A stretch of 43,512 bases of DNA from assembly GCA_964361295.1 (NCBI GenBank), contig CAYIAD010000001.1, forward strand, positions 1 through 43,512, written 5' to 3'. Shown here one piece after another: positions 39,842 to 43,512 of this stretch; position 1 is the stretch's first letter; each line of letters opens with the position of its first letter. This stretch comes from Candidatus Woesearchaeota archaeon. Lineage in GTDB: Archaea; Nanobdellota; Nanobdellia; Pacearchaeales; GW2011-AR1. Both the position numbers and the translations under genes were made by a program. The notes under the pieces were generated by a model, which saw only the letters and a program-made list of their open reading frames with translations, did no database searches and was not told the origin of the DNA.

Positions 39842-40918
39842 TTAAATTTTCCATTTCCCATTCTCTTGCACAACCTTACCATCTAGAATTATCTTTGCCT
39901 TCTTCATATCTTTAACAATGTCCCAGTGAAGAGCCGAATCATTTCCTCCTCCATTATCTTTGTAAGCCATTCCTAAAGCAAGATGAATTGTTCCTCCAAT
40001 TTTCTCATCAAACAATAAGTTTTTAGTGAATTTGTTTATCTTAGGATTGCAACCTATTCCAAATTCTCCAACATAACTTGAGTTTTCATCTGTCTTTAAC
40101 ATTTGTTCTAAAAAATCTTTATTTTTTGAAGCATCAAATTCTATTACCTTTCCCTCTTTAAATTTAAGAAGTATATCTGTAACTTCTTTTCCATTTCTTA
40201 TTGCAGGATATTCAAATTTTATCCAACCATTTAGAGATTCTCTAATAGGAGCCATAAAAACCTCTCCTCCTGGCATGTTTTCTTCGCCTTTATCTGCTTT
40301 AGCTAGTTTTCCATTAATATTAAATTTTAAATCTACATTTTCTCCAAGTAAGTGAACTAATTTTCCTTTCTGGAAGATTTTTAGAATTTTATCTATTTGT
40401 TTTCCTAACTTTTTCCAGTCTTGTAAACAAGAAGCATAGACAAAATTTTCATATTCATTTAAAGACATTTCAGCATCTTGGGCAAGAGCATTAGAGGGGT
40501 AAGCAATTGTTACTCTTCGAATTTTGTCCTGAGTATTACAGATGTAATCTGAAATTGGATGAGTTATTTTTTGTCTTTCTGAAATTTTTTTAGAATTTGA
40601 ATTAGTTAGCTCTCTTGTGTTTAATTCACTATCAATTCCAATATATGCTTGAGCTTGTTTTACTGTGTTCATCCAGTAATCTGGAAATTTTTCAATTTGG
40701 TGTTTTTTAGCATATTTATAATAAAAATCATTTATTCCTGGAAGATGAACTCTTACAATTGGATGAGCTCCTTGTAAAATTATTTCTTTATATAATTCAA
40801 CTAAGAAATCAACTGCTTCTGTTCCTCCAGATATAATTACATTTTCATTTGGTTTTACTGCTGTAGAATATCTAACTGCAAGTTGTGCTAGTTTGCGTGT
40901 TCGTAAATCAGTTGGCAT
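39842..40918 (-). CDS. Aminopeptidase, M29 (AmpS/PepS, thermophilic metalloprotease) family
   Basis: RKLAQLAVRYSTAVKPNENVIISGG.., ..PGGEVFMAP.., EFGIGCNP and HLALG fit the M29 pattern. The ORF-track start at 40939 is TTG, so the ATG at 40918 is used. Confidence 0.7.
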   Translation of the reverse strand: MPTDLRTRKLAQLAVRYSTAVKPNENVIISGGTEAVDFLVELYKEIILQGAHPIVRVHLPGINDFYYKYAKKHQIEKFPDYWMNTVKQAQAYIGIDSELNTRELTNSNSKKISERQKITHPISDYICNTQDKIRRVTIAYPSNALAQDAEMSLNEYENFVYASCLQDWKKLGKQIDKILKIFQKGKLVHLLGENVDLKFNINGKLAKADKGEENMPGGEVFMAPIRESLNGWIKFEYPAIRNGKEVTDILLKFKEGKVIEFDASKNKDFLEQMLKTDENSSYVGEFGIGCNPKINKFTKNLLFDEKIGGTIHLALGMAYKDNGGGNDSALHWDIVKDMKKAKIILDGKVVQENGKWKI

Positions 40919-40919
40919 T

Positions 40920-41417
40920 TTAAGAAAGTATTCTCCCAACTAATTTAAATAAATCATGGTATATTCTCCATTCAAGAGAGGGGTCTGATTGAGCATAATC
41001 TAAGTCATTAGTTATAGCTCTAAAAATTTCTACTTCTCTAGCTTTCCAAGCTTCTTCAAAAGTTAACAAAAATTTATTCATGTCGTCACTTGTTCTAATA
41101 CAAACACTATTTATTGGATTAGTCCAAGTAGTATAAATGCAATGATTTGCTAATTGCACTCCATAATTTTTAAAAGAAAGGCTTTTAAGAACCCACGAAG
41201 ATCTTTCTGCAATTCTTTTATAGTAATCTAGAGAATATTCCTTAGGATGGTATAAAATCTCTCTTTTAACCATTTGAGAATAAAAAAACGGACTTTGAGG
41301 GTTTAAATCTCGTAAATCTGAAAATAATGGAGTTATTGTGGTTTTTCTTCTTGTTATTTCAGCTCTTCTCCTTATTTCCTCATATCTTTGCTGTTTAAAG
41401 TCAATTATTGTTTTCAT
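40920..41417 (-). CDS. Hypothetical protein
   Basis: The ORF-track start at 41468 is TTG and the first ATG is at 41417. No motif was recognised. Confidence 0.4.
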   Translation of the reverse strand: MKTIIDFKQQRYEEIRRRAEITRRKTTITPLFSDLRDLNPQSPFFYSQMVKREILYHPKEYSLDYYKRIAERSSWVLKSLSFKNYGVQLANHCIYTTWTNPINSVCIRTSDDMNKFLLTFEEAWKAREVEIFRAITNDLDYAQSDPSLEWRIYHDLFKLVGRILS

Positions 41418-41502
41418 TTTAAATTTATCAGAACTCCTTTTCCTTTTTGGTAAGAATAAATTAAGCAAGAAGTTTATAAATTTAATTGTAATAAATCTTA
41501 GT

Positions 41503-43512
41503 TTAACCCCTCAAACTTATTCCTTTTTCTTTTCTAAACTTAATTACATTCTCTACAAAACTTTCCATTTTTTGCTCATGTGAAACAATAATTAGCTGAG
41601 CAACATTTAGCTGTTGCAAAACATCTCTCATTTTGTCTAATTGCTGGTCTGAAAATCCGTCTGTTGGCTCGTCGAGGATTACTAAATCTTTTGTTTTTAT
41701 CTTGCTTAATAAAGAATTAATTACCTGATTCAAGGCAAGGCGATAAGCAAGAGCAATGGCTGTTCTTTCTCCTCCTGAAAGATAAGCATAGTCAATTTCA
41801 TAATCCTGCTGTTCAATTATTGGAGTAAATTCATCATCTAACCGAACATTAAAATTATCTGAAACAAGCATGCAAAACCATTTAGAAAATAAATTAGAAA
41901 ACTCAGATTTTAATTTTACCATTACATTTTTTTCTATGTAAGAAATTATAGGAGAGAATTTTTTATTAATCCAAGATTCAAGTTCATTAATATAATTCAT
42001 CTGAAATCTAATTTGATTTGATTTTTCTATTCTCTGCTCCAAATTTCTAACAGCTTCGGAAAATACGCTTATTTCTTTTTTAAGTTCTGCAACTTTTATC
42101 TCTGCAAGTTTTTCTTGTTTTTGCGATTCTAAAAATTCCTGCTGTTTTGTTAAGAAAATATTGTCAAACTTAGAAAGTTCAAGTATTATTGATTTAAGAG
42201 ATGCTATTTGTGTTTCAAGAAGTTCGATATCTTTTTTGAAAGATAAATTTTGCTTTTGCAAAGATTCTTTTCTTAGCTTTTTCTCTTCTATAGTTTGCAG
42301 TTTTACTTTTAAAATATTTAATTCATTAACTTGTTTTTGAAAAGATGAGATTTCTTCGTCTATAAGGGCAAGCTTTTTTGCCATGTCTTGCTTTTCAAGA
42401 GTAAGAATTTTAATTTTAGATACATTTGAAAAAACATCTGAATCAAGTTTGTTAAGAACATTGCTTTTATGGACTGGATTGACATCTTGAAGACAAGTAG
42501 GGCACATTTCTAATTTTGAAAGGTTTCTTTTAAGAGAGTCGGAGTCTTCATTTTTCATATTAAGGGAATGAATTTTAGAAATAATCTCTAAATTTTTTTC
42601 ATCTAAATCTGTTTTTTGATTTTTTAAGGAGATTATTTGCTGTTCTAAAGATTTTACTTTTATTTCTTCAAAATGCAAAGAAGAAAATTCTTGAACTTCG
42701 TTTTCAAGCTGAGAAATAAAATTGCTATTTTCTGCTATTGACTGAACTTTAGTTGCTAATAAAATTTTGGCCTTTTCCACTTCTTGTTCAAGTTTTTGTT
42801 TTTCTCTAATTTTATCGTCGATGTTTTTCTTTTCCTGTTCTATTCCTTTTCTTTTTTCTATTCTTAAAATAAGTTCTATTTCAAATTTTGAAGCTTCCAT
42901 TTTTTTAGATTCAATCTGACTCACTTTTATTTCAAGTTCTTTTTTATCTGATTCTAAGTTGGAGCTTTGCCCTTCTTTAAGGCGTTTTTCTTCTCTAAGT
43001 TTAGCAGTAATAACTGAAATATTCTCTAATATTCTTTTGTATTTATCCACGCCAAAAACATGTCGCAGAGTATTTAATCTAGTGTTAGAATCTTCTAAGA
43101 TAATTTGCTTCATTTCTTCCTGAGGGGTATAAACTGTAAATCTATACAAAAGATTTTGTTTTTTAGAGAATTCTTTTGGGTAGCTTAAAATATCTAAAAC
43201 TAAATCTTTTAATTCGGTTACAGAGATTTCTCTTATTTCTCCGTCGACAGAGAGAGAACATGCATCTTGAGAAATTGATTTTCCTCTTTTAAGAGTTCTT
43301 TCAATAAAGATTTGTTTTTCATCTACTTCTATTTCTAGTTTCACTTTTCCAGAATCAGCTCCGTTTCTTAAAAGTGCGGAACCTCTTTGTCCTGGTTGCA
43401 ATCCAAATAAAGCAAATTCTATTGCTAATAAAATAGAAGTTTTTCCTGAGCCAATATCTCCAGATAAAAGAGTTGAACCTGTTGGAAATTCTATTTCTAC
43501 ATTTTCATAACT
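41503..43512 (-). CDS. rad50: Rad50 DNA double-strand-break repair ATPase (5'-partial, runs off window)
   Basis: The reading frame stays open to the window edge. The Walker A motif is GDIGSGKTSILLAIEFALFG and long coiled coils follow. The zinc hook is MCPTC, the ABC signature is LSGGERTAIALAYRLAL, Walker B is LVILDEPT, and IIVSHE completes the set. The M at 43401 in the track is an internal TTG. Confidence 0.9.
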   Translation of the reverse strand, partial: SYENVEIEFPTGSTLLSGDIGSGKTSILLAIEFALFGLQPGQRGSALLRNGADSGKVKLEIEVDEKQIFIERTLKRGKSISQDACSLSVDGEIREISVTELKDLVLDILSYPKEFSKKQNLLYRFTVYTPQEEMKQIILEDSNTRLNTLRHVFGVDKYKRILENISVITAKLREEKRLKEGQSSNLESDKKELEIKVSQIESKKMEASKFEIELILRIEKRKGIEQEKKNIDDKIREKQKLEQEVEKAKILLATKVQSIAENSNFISQLENEVQEFSSLHFEEIKVKSLEQQIISLKNQKTDLDEKNLEIISKIHSLNMKNEDSDSLKRNLSKLEMCPTCLQDVNPVHKSNVLNKLDSDVFSNVSKIKILTLEKQDMAKKLALIDEEISSFQKQVNELNILKVKLQTIEEKKLRKESLQKQNLSFKKDIELLETQIASLKSIILELSKFDNIFLTKQQEFLESQKQEKLAEIKVAELKKEISVFSEAVRNLEQRIEKSNQIRFQMNYINELESWINKKFSPIISYIEKNVMVKLKSEFSNLFSKWFCMLVSDNFNVRLDDEFTPIIEQQDYEIDYAYLSGGERTAIALAYRLALNQVINSLLSKIKTKDLVILDEPTDGFSDQQLDKMRDVLQQLNVAQLIIVSHEQKMESFVENVIKFRKEKGISLRG

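Noticed and set aside
43399-43401. ORF-track start codon of the Rad50 ORF
   Set aside because: It is an internal TTG (Leu). The frame stays open to the window edge and the Walker A motif lies upstream of it, so the gene is 5'-partial rather than starting here.

Overview
This is a visibly AT-rich archaeal window. It looks like a small-genome, DPANN-like archaeon, but that assignment is inference. Archaeal hallmarks are a class-I CCA-adding enzyme, archease, a TrmB regulator, a presenilin-type membrane protease, aCPSF1 (KH/beta-CASP RNase) next to the proteasome beta subunit, an M29 aminopeptidase, and Rad50 with a CxxC zinc hook running off the right edge. BRE/TATA boxes sit about 21 nt upstream of start codons, which implies leaderless mRNAs. 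The housekeeping block (about 32.6-43.5 kb, plus 21.9-27.2 kb) is ordinary. The accessory content is more interesting. (1) 96-2341: a radical SAM/SPASM maturase with an adjacent Cys-rich 81-aa peptide, next to an IS transposase remnant. (2) Large secreted Cys-rich surface proteins, including a papain-like protease with TSP1-like W/C repeats. (3) 10.7-14.1 kb, my best candidate for an undescribed system: a nucleotidyltransferase-domain gene followed by three tandem two-gene cassettes. Their long ORFs share a near-identical 5' end (about 45 codons) but have divergent C-termini, and the small partner genes co-vary with the C-terminal type. Each downstream cassette carries its own repeated terminator-promoter unit, which gives a polymorphic toxin/immunity-like architecture. 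(4) 14.8-21.7 kb: a tight minus-strand cluster made of paralog pairs (2 GT-A glycosyltransferases, 2 HPr-kinase-like P-loop proteins, 2 histidine-phosphatase fusions) plus a GT-B. (5) 27.3-32.4 kb: a translationally coupled seven-gene operon that interleaves a GlnD-like nucleotidyltransferase, three kinases and three histidine phosphatases. Six histidine-phosphatase paralogs lie in this one window. No rRNA, tRNA or CRISPR array was recognised. All functional calls come from motif reading by eye and no searches were run. Several ORF-track starts are TTG extensions, and I moved them to the first ATG.
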